From a virus (Duplodnaviria; Caudoviricetes), in the IMG/VR virus record IMGVR_UViG_3300037408_000429, positions 1 to 60,003 of that record: 60,003 nt of DNA; one strand, written 5' to 3'. Within the stretch, counting starts at the first letter, position 1. Every line of letters begins with the position of its first letter. Made by a program: the position numbers and the translations under genes. Positions 16,676 through 26,106 of the stretch are shown one piece after another. The notes under the pieces were generated by a model, which had not been told where the DNA came from, did not search any database, and saw only the letters and a program-made list of their open reading frames with translations.

Positions 16676-16933
16676 ATGGCCTATTTCTCGAACGGATGTG
16701 AAGGCGAGGACTACGCCCAACGCTATTGCCGAAGGTGTGTCCATTCCAAACTGGAAGAGGCGCCGGGCGTTCATTGCCCCGTGATGGACGCGCACTGGCT
16801 ATGGGCGTACGAACTTGCAAATGAGCACGAAACCCATGGGAAGAAGATCCTGGACATGCTCATTCCGATGAACGAACGGAATTACCCTGCCAGGTGTGCG
16901 ATGTTCCATGAGAAACGAGGATCCAAGAGTTGA
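16676..16933 (+). CDS. Conserved phage Cys-rich hypothetical protein
   Basis: MAYFSNG.EG..Y...YC.RC.H...CPV. Confidence 0.7.
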   Translation: MAYFSNGCEGEDYAQRYCRRCVHSKLEEAPGVHCPVMDAHWLWAYELANEHETHGKKILDMLIPMNERNYPARCAMFHEKRGSKS

Positions 16934-17053
16934 ACGCGATCCTGGAACCCCTCGGCCTACTCGGACTTTCGGCCATCCTTTACTTTTGGGTGGCCGGAAT
17001 CCTTGCTTTGCAGGATGAGCGCAGCGAAGAGAAGAGACGGCGCCGGGCGCACC

Positions 17054-17734
17054 TTACCTCTTCGAAAGCACCTTGGTCAAGACCCACACTCCGCCCGTGG
17101 TTCCTGCTCCTTCGATTCTACCGAGCCATCGCTGGGACCTGTTGGCGGCCTTCTGTGCCTCCAGTGCGATCTGAAGAAGATTAGCCCGGGAGTCCGCGTC
17201 CCGTGCCGCCTTCTTCCAATACTCCTCACTGATTTCCTTGCTCTTTAAGGCCTGTTCGAAGTCTGAGATGGCCTTGTTCTTGTCGTCTATGGTCCGGTCC
17301 TTGTCCAGGATGGTGACCTCGGCGGCCTTCACCAGGCCCTCGCAATCAGCAAGGCGCTTTTCGAGCACTGCCACGCGCTCCACCAGTGGGGCGCACGCCT
17401 CAGGGAACGGGCCCAGAGGAGGGAGTGGCGGCAATGATCCTTCGTACTTGGCTTTGAGCTTCCAATACTTCTGGTCGCTTTCCTTGGCCCGCTGTTCGGA
17501 CTCATTGGCCTTGCCCTTGGATTCGATGGCAGCCTGCTTCTCCTCCTTGGCAATCTGTTCCCATTCCTGCGCCTTGGCCACGGCGGCCAAGTAGTCCTTC
17601 TCTTTCTGCTTGGCTTCCTGTTCGTACCTCAAGGATTCCTTGGCCTTGTAGCAGGAGTGGGAAAAGAACCCCGTCCAGAAGACCAGGGCCAGCAATAGGA
17701 GATAAGTGACAACTTTTTTTAACACATCGCTCAT
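17054..17734 (-). CDS. Spanin-like TM/coiled-coil protein
   Basis: N-terminal TM, long coiled coil, lysis-cassette position; start MSDVLKK. Confidence 0.5.
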   Translation of the reverse strand: MSDVLKKVVTYLLLLALVFWTGFFSHSCYKAKESLRYEQEAKQKEKDYLAAVAKAQEWEQIAKEEKQAAIESKGKANESEQRAKESDQKYWKLKAKYEGSLPPLPPLGPFPEACAPLVERVAVLEKRLADCEGLVKAAEVTILDKDRTIDDKNKAISDFEQALKSKEISEEYWKKAARDADSRANLLQIALEAQKAANRSQRWLGRIEGAGTTGGVWVLTKVLSKR

Positions 17735-17985
17735 GATTTGGCCTCCGGAGGAACAGAATCGCCTTGGTTGTGGAAGCCGGCCAGGCCCCCTAGCACGCCC
17801 GCAGAGAACACGAAGGCTGTCACCAGCCCCGAGGGGACACCGGACCCAAAACAAGCGGTCCAGATGACGGCCAGGGCTAGCCCGAAGGTCACGGCAGCCA
17901 GGACCACAGCACTCTGCCACAGGATCAGGGCCTTGGGACTCTCTGGCCTAGTGGTATCGAGGTAGGGTTTCAGCCATTCGGGCAT
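17731..17985 (-). CDS. Holin-like two-TM protein
   Basis: MPEWLKPY..., two hydrophobic helices near the endolysin. Confidence 0.5.
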   Translation of the reverse strand: MPEWLKPYLDTTRPESPKALILWQSAVVLAAVTFGLALAVIWTACFGSGVPSGLVTAFVFSAGVLGGLAGFHNQGDSVPPEAKS

Positions 17986-18251
17986 CACAACCTCCACGCA
18001 ATGAGCCATGCAGTCAGGGTGCCCAAGATAGAGGCCGCCGCATCCCAGGCTTCCCAGCGCCCAAACAGACGCCACTGGACGTACTCCCAGGCACAAGCCA
18101 CAAGGGTGCCAAACAGGATGCCCAGGACGTAGGGGTGCCAGTGCTTGAACGCGACGGCCGCCACGACAAAGAGCACCTGGCCGCCGACGAAGTGCAGGAG
18201 CTTGTCCCTCTGGGGGAGCCAAACAGCGAGAGACTTCAGGAAGCGTACCAT
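17985..18251 (-). CDS. Small membrane protein (VanZ-like DKxxH motif)
   Basis: DKLLHF...WEYVQ...WDAAASILG. Confidence 0.55.
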   Translation of the reverse strand: MVRFLKSLAVWLPQRDKLLHFVGGQVLFVVAAVAFKHWHPYVLGILFGTLVACAWEYVQWRLFGRWEAWDAAASILGTLTAWLIAWRL

Positions 18252-18252
18252 G

Positions 18253-18777
18253 TCATCCCTCCACCACAACGATTCCCGGGAATGGATCAATGAACCCGAC
18301 GAGCTGCATGGTCCCGTGGGTCTTGAGGTAGCGGGTCTTTCGATAGACACCATCGCCATTTCGATCAACAGAACTTGAATCAGACGTGTTTCCCTCAACA
18401 GTCGCGAAGCGATCTGCATCCAAGACCTCAGTGACAATGCCCGTGTGCCCATTGCTCGTGGCCTTGCCGAACTCATCGTAGTGCTGCCAGATGGCGATAT
18501 AGCCTGGGGCGGGATGTGCGCGGTGCAGATCGTGGATTGTGTTGCGCCACACGGTCAGACAGTGTTCGGAGTTGAACACATTGGAGCGTATTCCTAACTG
18601 CTGCTCGACTTGGTGAATGCAATACTGCACAAAACACATACACCAGCTCTCTTTGCTCGCCTTACCGTCCACGGCACGCTGGAACATCTCCACGTCCGGC
18701 CCCTGGTTAGGACCAGTCTCCTTCACCCCCACGTATTCCGATGCTTCCTTGACCAGATATTCATTGGCTGTAGACAT
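18253..18777 (-). CDS. CHAP-domain endolysin
   Basis: VGVKE.GPNQG, WCMCFV, GHTGIV, TVEGNT. Confidence 0.85.
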   Translation of the reverse strand: MSTANEYLVKEASEYVGVKETGPNQGPDVEMFQRAVDGKASKESWCMCFVQYCIHQVEQQLGIRSNVFNSEHCLTVWRNTIHDLHRAHPAPGYIAIWQHYDEFGKATSNGHTGIVTEVLDADRFATVEGNTSDSSSVDRNGDGVYRKTRYLKTHGTMQLVGFIDPFPGIVVVEG

Positions 18778-18848
18778 GCTCCCTCCATGGGATAAATATA
18801 GCCCGGAACCCTTTCGGATGCCGGGCCATATTGCAATGCGACCTGAAC

Positions 18849-20048
18849 TTATGGGGCAGTGGCGATGCCGCCAGCACCAGAAGCAACAGCGTGAGAATTG
18901 GCGATCCATACTGTGTCATTGCCGCCAACTGAATCCCAAACAGCCCAGCCCAACAGGGAGCAGGAGTCGATCAGGATTTGGCCGGAGTTGGGCTTCGTAC
19001 CGATGAATGCAGAGGTCAAAGACCCCATGCCGTTCGGCTTCCATGCGATGAAGCGGCAGCGCGTGAAGATATGGACACCCGACATGGCCGTGGCGTCGTA
19101 ACTCTTGATGGCGCCGTGACCCGCGGTCTCCGAGTAGCTAATGAAGTCGCAGTCAATGAATCGACTGCGCCAGGCACCGCCGTCGAACACCACGTTCGCG
19201 TTGGCAGCGGCCCGCAGGACGGTGTCCGTGCCAAAGATGCAGCGTTCAAACACGTTTTCCTGACCCTCGTCCTGGATATCGTAGGCCGTGGCCACAGCGC
19301 CAGGAGTGGCATGACCGGCACCAACCATGTGGCAATTCCCGAAGTAGTTCCGGTTTCCGGTAACCTTCACGCCACCAAGAGCGAGCGCGTGGCTGGACCA
19401 GTTGCCGATGTTCACGTTCAGGAATGCGTTGTTGTGACCAGAGACCAGGATGATCTCGGGGCAGTAGCTCGTAAGAGTGGTGCTGATGGTCTGCGCTTTG
19501 CTCTGGACATTCAGGGTTTCAGAGACCGTCAGGGTCAGGGCCGCGACTTCGGTCACGGTGAAAGTAGAGCCATTATTGGAGCCGCTATCCACGATCTTTC
19601 CGGTCATGCCAACTACCCAGCCGTCAGTGATAAAGCTTCCGGCTTCACGGGTGATCGTGCTGGCCGTCTGAGCGCAGGTTGTGAGGCTGCTGGTAGCCAC
19701 TTCCACATTGGCTACACGAGCTCGACCGTACATGCCCACGGGTGCGGCAACACCGACAACAGTGATGCCGGACTTCGTCCAAGCCAGCGAATGCTTCATG
19801 TAACTGGTAGTATCGGCCGCGGTCGTGCTGCCACGGGATAACAAGATGATGCCATCGCCAGCGCCATCGGTGCAAAGACCATAGGCCGTTTCGATGTCAG
19901 CAACAGCCTCGGAAATGTTCTCTCCGGAATACAGGTTGTTTCCGCTCTTGGGATCCACGTAGTACCAGGTCCCGCGAATGAAGGGGAGGCGAACGCCTTC
20001 AACAATCCCGCTTTCCGCGGGGTAGCCTCCAGAACCGTATCGGAACAT
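18849..20048 (-). CDS. Virion protein with beta-helix-like region
   Basis: YYVDP..GNN..SG motif followed by Gly/Asn-rich beta repeats. Confidence 0.55.
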   Translation of the reverse strand: MFRYGSGGYPAESGIVEGVRLPFIRGTWYYVDPKSGNNLYSGENISEAVADIETAYGLCTDGAGDGIILLSRGSTTAADTTSYMKHSLAWTKSGITVVGVAAPVGMYGRARVANVEVATSSLTTCAQTASTITREAGSFITDGWVVGMTGKIVDSGSNNGSTFTVTEVAALTLTVSETLNVQSKAQTISTTLTSYCPEIILVSGHNNAFLNVNIGNWSSHALALGGVKVTGNRNYFGNCHMVGAGHATPGAVATAYDIQDEGQENVFERCIFGTDTVLRAAANANVVFDGGAWRSRFIDCDFISYSETAGHGAIKSYDATAMSGVHIFTRCRFIAWKPNGMGSLTSAFIGTKPNSGQILIDSCSLLGWAVWDSVGGNDTVWIANSHAVASGAGGIATAP

Positions 20049-20049
20049 A

Positions 20050-20352
20050 TTAGTACCTCACTTTCCCGTTCACAGCAGCACTGGTGCCACTGATCGCGTT
20101 CACGTACAGCCGGATGTCTCCGGGGGCCATATTGAAGGTGGCCAGATCCTTATCCAGGGCACCAGAAAGAGCGAAGGTGCCGATATTATGGTAGGAATCC
20201 CCTCCGTCACAGGTCCACTGGACATAGACGGTGGCTTCCGGGGTTGTCGTGTCGTCAAGGTCGCACTGGACCGAGAAGACGTTTTTGTTGACGGTGAACC
20301 ACGAACCGGCTCCGGTCGTGAGTTTCCCGTCAAGCAAGGTCTTGGTGCTCAT
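20050..20352 (-). CDS. Small beta-rich virion protein
   Basis: Position in late operon; AAGG RBS. Confidence 0.55.
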   Translation of the reverse strand: MSTKTLLDGKLTTGAGSWFTVNKNVFSVQCDLDDTTTPEATVYVQWTCDGGDSYHNIGTFALSGALDKDLATFNMAPGDIRLYVNAISGTSAAVNGKVRY

Positions 20353-20461
20353 TGCCTTCCCCTTTCAGGAAGCCCGCGGATCGCCGCGGGATGGTTGTTG
20401 TCCCCTTCAGGCTTTGTTCTGGTTCGCGTCGAGGGGCCGCGAATCGCCCACTTGGTTGGCG

Positions 20462-20779
20462 CTATTTGACGTGTTTTTCAATCAGAAAATCCACCTTCTT
20501 TTCAATCCTGTTTTGACATTCAGCAGACGAGGTTTTGATTTCGCTCAATTCTGCCCTGATGTCCTTGGCCTCTGCCTCCTGAAGTGCCATCCGCTTCTCG
20601 GTAACCGAAATCCACCAGAATCCAGACCCTAAAATAGACAGGATCAGAATGATGGTGGGCAAGTCCACTGACCTGTTTATGTGCCAGCGCCGCCGATCAC
20701 TGTTGTCAGTTTTCTCGGCGGCGCGGTGCTTGTGAAGCGGGATTGGTTCGTGGACTTGTGCGTGGGATGTGGGCGGCAT
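20462..20779 (-). CDS. TM + coiled-coil protein (holin/antiholin-like)
   Basis: DRRR, one TM helix, KKVDFLIE tail. Confidence 0.5.
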   Translation of the reverse strand: MPPTSHAQVHEPIPLHKHRAAEKTDNSDRRRWHINRSVDLPTIILILSILGSGFWWISVTEKRMALQEAEAKDIRAELSEIKTSSAECQNRIEKKVDFLIEKHVK

Positions 20780-20859
20780 AATCGGATTCCTTGTTGGGGA
20801 ATGGGTTATGTGTGGGCCGCCCTCCGGGTATGCTCCACGAACGATCTATATCACATATC

Positions 20860-21192
20860 TTACTTGCAATCCTTCTTTTCGCCAGATTTTTTGGGAAGTT
20901 CACCTTCAAGGGCCTTCCAGGCCACATAAACCAAGGCCGGATTTGTGAAGAGTTTGGCCACCCTGTCTTTGATCTTGGAGACCTGCTCGGTAGCCAAGGT
21001 CATTTTGTCCCTGGCCAGGAAGGCGATCTCTCCCAGGCCATACTTTTCCATGGGGGACATGGACTCATCGCCCTGGAGCGGGATCGTGCAGGCCATGATT
21101 ATGGCTGTTTGCAGGGTCAAGGGTTTTCCCTTGTCGTTCTGGAAGGGATCTCCCCCCACGTCGATCAAGATTGTGTCGTAGGCGATGTTCAT
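20860..21192 (-). CDS. Tail-fibre-associated hypothetical protein
   Basis: GGAGG RBS before MNIAYD; downstream of fibre genes. Confidence 0.55.
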   Translation of the reverse strand: MNIAYDTILIDVGGDPFQNDKGKPLTLQTAIIMACTIPLQGDESMSPMEKYGLGEIAFLARDKMTLATEQVSKIKDRVAKLFTNPALVYVAWKALEGELPKKSGEKKDCK

Positions 21193-21262
21193 GTATTCCT
21201 CCGGAATGAGTTGCCAGCAATTAATTGTATGGCGATATTGCCTATCGTCAATCTCTCCGTTT

Positions 21263-21556
21263 CTATGGATCTGTTTCACCGCTCAGCAGTCCCTTGTCTG
21301 CCTGTACCCAGGAAACAAAATTGTCTCTAAGCACATTCTTTATAGCATTCGATCCATCTTTGGTTTCTATAGAAACATAGTGTTTACATGACCTTAGCCC
21401 AAGGTGTATCTGTTGGCCATCCATCCTGTCATACAAATTGTAGTTAAGGGTGAAGACGTGCTGATAACCACCCTCTTCCTTGAGTGTGTTCACTTCTGCC
21501 GTGAAGCCCGCAAGAACAGCATTGACTACCGTGGCTGTCGAGAATGGCTTACTCAT
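21263..21556 (-). CDS. Hypothetical protein (lower GC)
   Basis: GGAGGG RBS, 97 aa. Confidence 0.55.
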   Translation of the reverse strand: MSKPFSTATVVNAVLAGFTAEVNTLKEEGGYQHVFTLNYNLYDRMDGQQIHLGLRSCKHYVSIETKDGSNAIKNVLRDNFVSWVQADKGLLSGETDP

Positions 21557-21572
21557 GATTCCCTCCTTCCCA

Positions 21573-22466
21573 CTAGGCTAGAGTTTCTACGATCAGATTC
21601 GTGCATGTGGCCGTGTTGCTTGCGTTGGCAGTGGCCCACTGAAGCGTAAGATCAAGCGCCAATGTCCCGGTGGTATTCGCCGCCGAGGTTGCAGACGCCC
21701 GCGCCTCCAAGGCCGTGTGAGCCGTGGCCGACGTGTGGATATGAAGCGCTGATGATTGTGCCCACACTGTCCCGCCCGAGCCCGTGGTGTAGCAGGTCAC
21801 GACCGCGTCAATGTCCCACCCTCTAGCAGTGGTACCCACGGTTACCGTGCCCGTTGCTGTTAGAAGCGTCACGCCACCCAGCTTCAGTCTCCACGTCTGA
21901 GCGCCTGGGCTGGATGCCAACGACGTGATATATCCGGATGCCCGGATTCGCAGGGTCTTGCCTGCCACTAGGTAGTTTGCTGGCAACGTCAACGTGCCGA
22001 CCCCCGTGTTCGTCAGGGTTGTCTCAACATTCGTGTTGCCGACTGTTTTTATGGTTGTTTGCGAAAAGATCGCCGATGACGAGAACCGTTTGATACTCTG
22101 GATGTAGTCACACAACACCTTCTGTGTAGAATCGCTCCACACGTCTCCCGCTGTGGTGAGTGCGGACACCTGGGCAAAGTTGAGGTTGCTGGCGATTCCA
22201 ACGGCACCAGTCAACGATGGAGATGCCAACGGAGCCTTGGCGTTGAGCGCATTGTTCAAATCTGTCTGAGAAGGCAAAGCCCCGCTGATATCGCCCCACG
22301 AGGTTGCCCCGGGTGCGCCCTGAAGACCCACAAAAGAAGTCCCGTGTAGAATATAGGCCTTCTGGGTATCCTTACAGTACGTAAGTGAGAATTGTGGCCA
22401 CTCCGTAGATCGTTCGCTTTCGCTGTCAACAACGAAACGGGGTTGAACTGTCGTCACTATAGTCAT
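21573..22466 (-). CDS. Tail fibre/accessory structural protein
   Basis: Start MTIVTT; WGDISG.L..QTDL..AL.AKAPLASP fibre motif; Thr/Ala-rich. Confidence 0.7.
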   Translation of the reverse strand: MTIVTTVQPRFVVDSESERSTEWPQFSLTYCKDTQKAYILHGTSFVGLQGAPGATSWGDISGALPSQTDLNNALNAKAPLASPSLTGAVGIASNLNFAQVSALTTAGDVWSDSTQKVLCDYIQSIKRFSSSAIFSQTTIKTVGNTNVETTLTNTGVGTLTLPANYLVAGKTLRIRASGYITSLASSPGAQTWRLKLGGVTLLTATGTVTVGTTARGWDIDAVVTCYTTGSGGTVWAQSSALHIHTSATAHTALEARASATSAANTTGTLALDLTLQWATANASNTATCTNLIVETLA

Positions 22467-22468
22467 CG

Positions 22469-25400
22469 CTAATACTCCAGGATCGCCCAGACTACGTTTC
22501 GGGTGTCTAAAACGTTCGAACTTCCAATAGTGAACGAAGCCCCCACCGAGCGACCCGTTACAGAGACATGTCCAACGTTGGTCGTTCCGTCCTGAGCGGT
22601 AACAACAATTTTGGACGTAGCGGTTATGTTCGTATCGGATACCGTGACCGTCCCTGCTGCCATGGTAGCCACGCCGAACTTTCCGCAAGCACGGAGATCC
22701 CACCCATCGGTATCTGAAGCAGGGGCGCTTTCTTTCTGGTAAAGCCTTCCGCCAGACGTGGTCCAAATATGTGAGGCCGCAATCTGCGGATGTGCCCCGT
22801 TGTATAGGCCCAGGGCAACCAAACTTCCATTCACATAGAGATACTGGTTGGCGACTGCTGCATCAAAGATCCCGTAAATCAGTGCTTTGGTGCGTGCATC
22901 TGCTTCCGAGGCTCGCTTGGCGTTGTCGATGAACAGCTTGCTCGACCCCGTTTCGTAGTACCCTGCCTGATATCCGATCCCAACATTACCTGTTCCGGTC
23001 GTCTGGGAGTAAAGCGCTGAACAACCAATGGCCGTATTGTTGTCCCCATTCGTGTTGCTTGCAAGCGAACTCACGCCAATGGCGACGTTCAACGTCCCCC
23101 AGAGGTTGTTGACCATGCTGTTGTAACCGATAGCACTGTTGTTGCTGGCGTGTGATGCTGATAGCGCGTTGACGCCAATACCTATGTTTTGAGTGGCCGT
23201 AGTGATGTAGCCGAGAGCGTTGGACCCAATGGCTACGTTATTGCTTCCGGTCGTCAATCGCACGAGAGCCTGGGAGCCCATGGCCAGGTTGGTCGCGCCG
23301 GTCGTGACGCGGTACAGCGCAAGGTACCCAATACCCACGTTGCTACCGCCTGTGGTGTTGTAGAACCCGGGCCCATTGCCTACAAAAGTATTGTTGCGCC
23401 CAGACCCGCCAGCCCTCAAAACAAATCCTGTGGTTCCATCTGAATTCTTCAGGGTCAGTGCGGCGGTGGTGGTTGTGATCTGTTTCAAGGAGATATTGTC
23501 GATGCTCCCGGCCCAGGATGCGTCCGGAGTGAAGGTGATGGCACCACCAGCGGCACCGCATGAGATGATTTGTGTGTAGGCAGTAACAGTCCCAACCGGG
23601 AGTGTCAGTGCGATGCCATTGTTCGCACCTAAAGAAGGTGTCAGAACACCCGCCGTAGTGGTCACGACCGTGAAAACAAGCACGTAGGACGAGTATGCCG
23701 AGCCACTGGTGCTCGCCAGGGAGGTAGCATTTGCACCCGCCGCGTGTTGCCATGTGGCACTCACGAGGGACCATGTTCCTGATCCGGTTGTCCAATCTGG
23801 GGCAGACGTAAACTCTCGGTTCTTTTGGTCCGTGATGAGCTCGGACCCGAGTGTTCCAGATGTCGTGGTCCCAGTGATGGATGAATCGGCTCCAATGTTT
23901 GCAGCACCAGCAATACCGACTCCACCGCTGAAAATCCCGCTACCCGTGGCGGTAGTTGTGCTGGCCGTGGTGGAACTCACGGTCAAGGCGCCGTTCACGG
24001 TAAGGTACTGGTTCGCCACCGCTGAGGCGAAAATGCCGTAGATCAGGGCTTTGGTGCGTGCATCCGCTTCGCTGCTTCTCGTGGCGTTGTCGATGAATAG
24101 CTTCGAGTCGCCCGTCTCGTGGTACCCTGCGTTGGATCCGATGAACACGTTACCCGTTGAAGTTGCAGCGGTGTACCCGGCCTGATAGCCAAGTGCCGTA
24201 TTAGATCCACTGCCAGACCGTAGCGCTCCAAGCGTCTTGTATCCAATGGCCGTATTGCTGCTTGAAGTCAAATTCACCGAAAGGGATTGAGCCCCAATCG
24301 CAGTGTTTTGGCCACCAGAGGACACGATTTGCAGGGATCTGTAACCAAAGGCCGTGTTGTAACTACTGCCGCTGGTAGCATAGCCCATGGCCTCATAGCC
24401 CATGGCCGTAGCGTAATTGGGCACATTGGCATGGAAGACGTGATACCCCAACCCTACAGAGTAAGAGTTACCCCTGATTTCGCCAATCAGAGACCCGGAA
24501 CTGTTGTAGAAGCTGTAAGCTGCGGAATAGTTCGTCACCTTCTTGATGGAGATGTTGTCGATGTAACCGGCCCATGCCACAGAAGGGGTAAAGATCAGGG
24601 CGTTCGTGTTCGCCGCAGTTATATAGAAGCCATAAGAGGTCGTTCCTGCGCTTTGTCCGACTTGTGGGAGGCTTGCCCCGCCAAAACTGGGAGTCAAAGT
24701 CCCGGCAACGGACGTTGAGACCGTGAAGGCAAGATAGTAAGTAGTCCCTGCTACCGGAGATTCAGACAGGTAAGTGTTGGCCAGTGTGGTTCCATCGGCA
24801 GCTCCAGCAGGTGTGTATTTCCATGTCGCAGCATTGAGCGCCCATCCGCTCGCGCCATACACATTCCCATAGATGCCACTGCCTTCCGTGTTGTCTTCGT
24901 CCACCATCCCTGTGGCGCCTGCAAACACGGCAGTGTAATCATCGTCGAAACTGGTAATCGTGAAGGTGCCATTGTTGCCAGAGTTTAGAAAACCACCGAA
25001 CACCAGAATCATGCCGACCGTAATTCCGCAGTCAGCGTAGGTAACATCCGTGAATTGAATGGTCTTGTTTGTAGCATTGACGATGACTTCGGCTTCGGAA
25101 TAGATCTGGTATTGGACCCATGGGACGCCAGCCCAATCCGGCGCAGTGGAGAAGTCCCGATTCTTCTGGGCCGAGATCATCTCGGTTCCTAGGCTGGATG
25201 CAGCATTGGTCTGGGAAGCGTAGACATCCTTCCCGAAGAATCCAACACCAGCATTGGACAGTCCGCCCAAATTAATGAGCGAACCAGTTCCAGATCCCGT
25301 GCAAGCCGTGCTCGCATTGATCGTCACAGATCCCGTGGTAGCGTCGGCCACGTTGGGCTGGATCGTGAGTCCCTGGGTCGTCAGGGTGCCGCCATAGATG

Positions 25401-26104
25401 GTCTGACCACCCGCCTTGCCGGTGGAGATGTCCGCCGTGATCGTGTTGGTGCTGCGAGTTAATCCCGTTGAAAATGTGAGTGGGACTTCGGCCCCCACGT
25501 CCGAAGCTGTCAGCCCGTGAGCAGCAAAGCCAAACGTGGTGGGCGTGAGGGCTTTCAAGAAGTGTCCAGCCGTAAGCCCTGAAACCGTGTGCAGAGCCCC
25601 GTCTAATTGATGTGCGGCTGGAGCCGCTCCGGCAACAGCATAGTAACTCCCATGCTGGCCGTCCAGCTTGTCGGAATCTACAGCCGTTCCATCTACAGGT
25701 AGAGCGCCCACATCAGATGCCGTCGGAGTTGACCAAGCGTAGGTATCTGTAACCGCATCCCTGTGCAGCCAACCGGTAGCACCAGATACCCCGACCATGT
25801 AGGGAAGACCGTTCTCGTCGCTCCTCACAATGCCGCTTGCCACCAGGCTTGTTGATTCGAGCGCACCATCCACGAGATACGGAAGGCCTGTATCCGTGAT
25901 GAAGTCCAACCCTCCGTCATCCCCAAATACGGCCACCTGACGACTGAACAGATGCTCAAACTCGGGGTAGGACGCCGGCAGTCTAGGGTCGTTGTCCTCC
26001 ACTGCCACGGGATTGGCAGCCTCGTCCGGGATTGTTGCCAAGCTCACCAGGCCTACCCTGGTTCTCCGTGCGACTCTTGCAAGTGTGACGAGCGGGGATC
26101 CCAC
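22469..26104 (-). CDS. Long tail fibre / adhesin with Gly-Asn repeats
   Basis: DSDKLDGQHGSYY, TASDVGA, NTAIG..AL repeats, internal duplication; start approximate. Confidence 0.8.
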   Translation of the reverse strand: MGSPLVTLARVARRTRVGLVSLATIPDEAANPVAVEDNDPRLPASYPEFEHLFSRQVAVFGDDGGLDFITDTGLPYLVDGALESTSLVASGIVRSDENGLPYMVGVSGATGWLHRDAVTDTYAWSTPTASDVGALPVDGTAVDSDKLDGQHGSYYAVAGAAPAAHQLDGALHTVSGLTAGHFLKALTPTTFGFAAHGLTASDVGAEVPLTFSTGLTRSTNTITADISTGKAGGQTIYGGTLTTQGLTIQPNVADATTGSVTINASTACTGSGTGSLINLGGLSNAGVGFFGKDVYASQTNAASSLGTEMISAQKNRDFSTAPDWAGVPWVQYQIYSEAEVIVNATNKTIQFTDVTYADCGITVGMILVFGGFLNSGNNGTFTITSFDDDYTAVFAGATGMVDEDNTEGSGIYGNVYGASGWALNAATWKYTPAGAADGTTLANTYLSESPVAGTTYYLAFTVSTSVAGTLTPSFGGASLPQVGQSAGTTSYGFYITAANTNALIFTPSVAWAGYIDNISIKKVTNYSAAYSFYNSSGSLIGEIRGNSYSVGLGYHVFHANVPNYATAMGYEAMGYATSGSSYNTAFGYRSLQIVSSGGQNTAIGAQSLSVNLTSSSNTAIGYKTLGALRSGSGSNTALGYQAGYTAATSTGNVFIGSNAGYHETGDSKLFIDNATRSSEADARTKALIYGIFASAVANQYLTVNGALTVSSTTASTTTATGSGIFSGGVGIAGAANIGADSSITGTTTSGTLGSELITDQKNREFTSAPDWTTGSGTWSLVSATWQHAAGANATSLASTSGSAYSSYVLVFTVVTTTAGVLTPSLGANNGIALTLPVGTVTAYTQIISCGAAGGAITFTPDASWAGSIDNISLKQITTTTAALTLKNSDGTTGFVLRAGGSGRNNTFVGNGPGFYNTTGGSNVGIGYLALYRVTTGATNLAMGSQALVRLTTGSNNVAIGSNALGYITTATQNIGIGVNALSASHASNNSAIGYNSMVNNLWGTLNVAIGVSSLASNTNGDNNTAIGCSALYSQTTGTGNVGIGYQAGYYETGSSKLFIDNAKRASEADARTKALIYGIFDAAVANQYLYVNGSLVALGLYNGAHPQIAASHIWTTSGGRLYQKESAPASDTDGWDLRACGKFGVATMAAGTVTVSDTNITATSKIVVTAQDGTTNVGHVSVTGRSVGASFTIGSSNVLDTRNVVWAILEY

Positions 26105-26106
26105 GT

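Noticed and set aside
16930-17184. + strand 84-aa ORF
   Set aside because: Overlaps the 3' end of the convergent spanin-like gene by ~130 nt; uncertain, so not called
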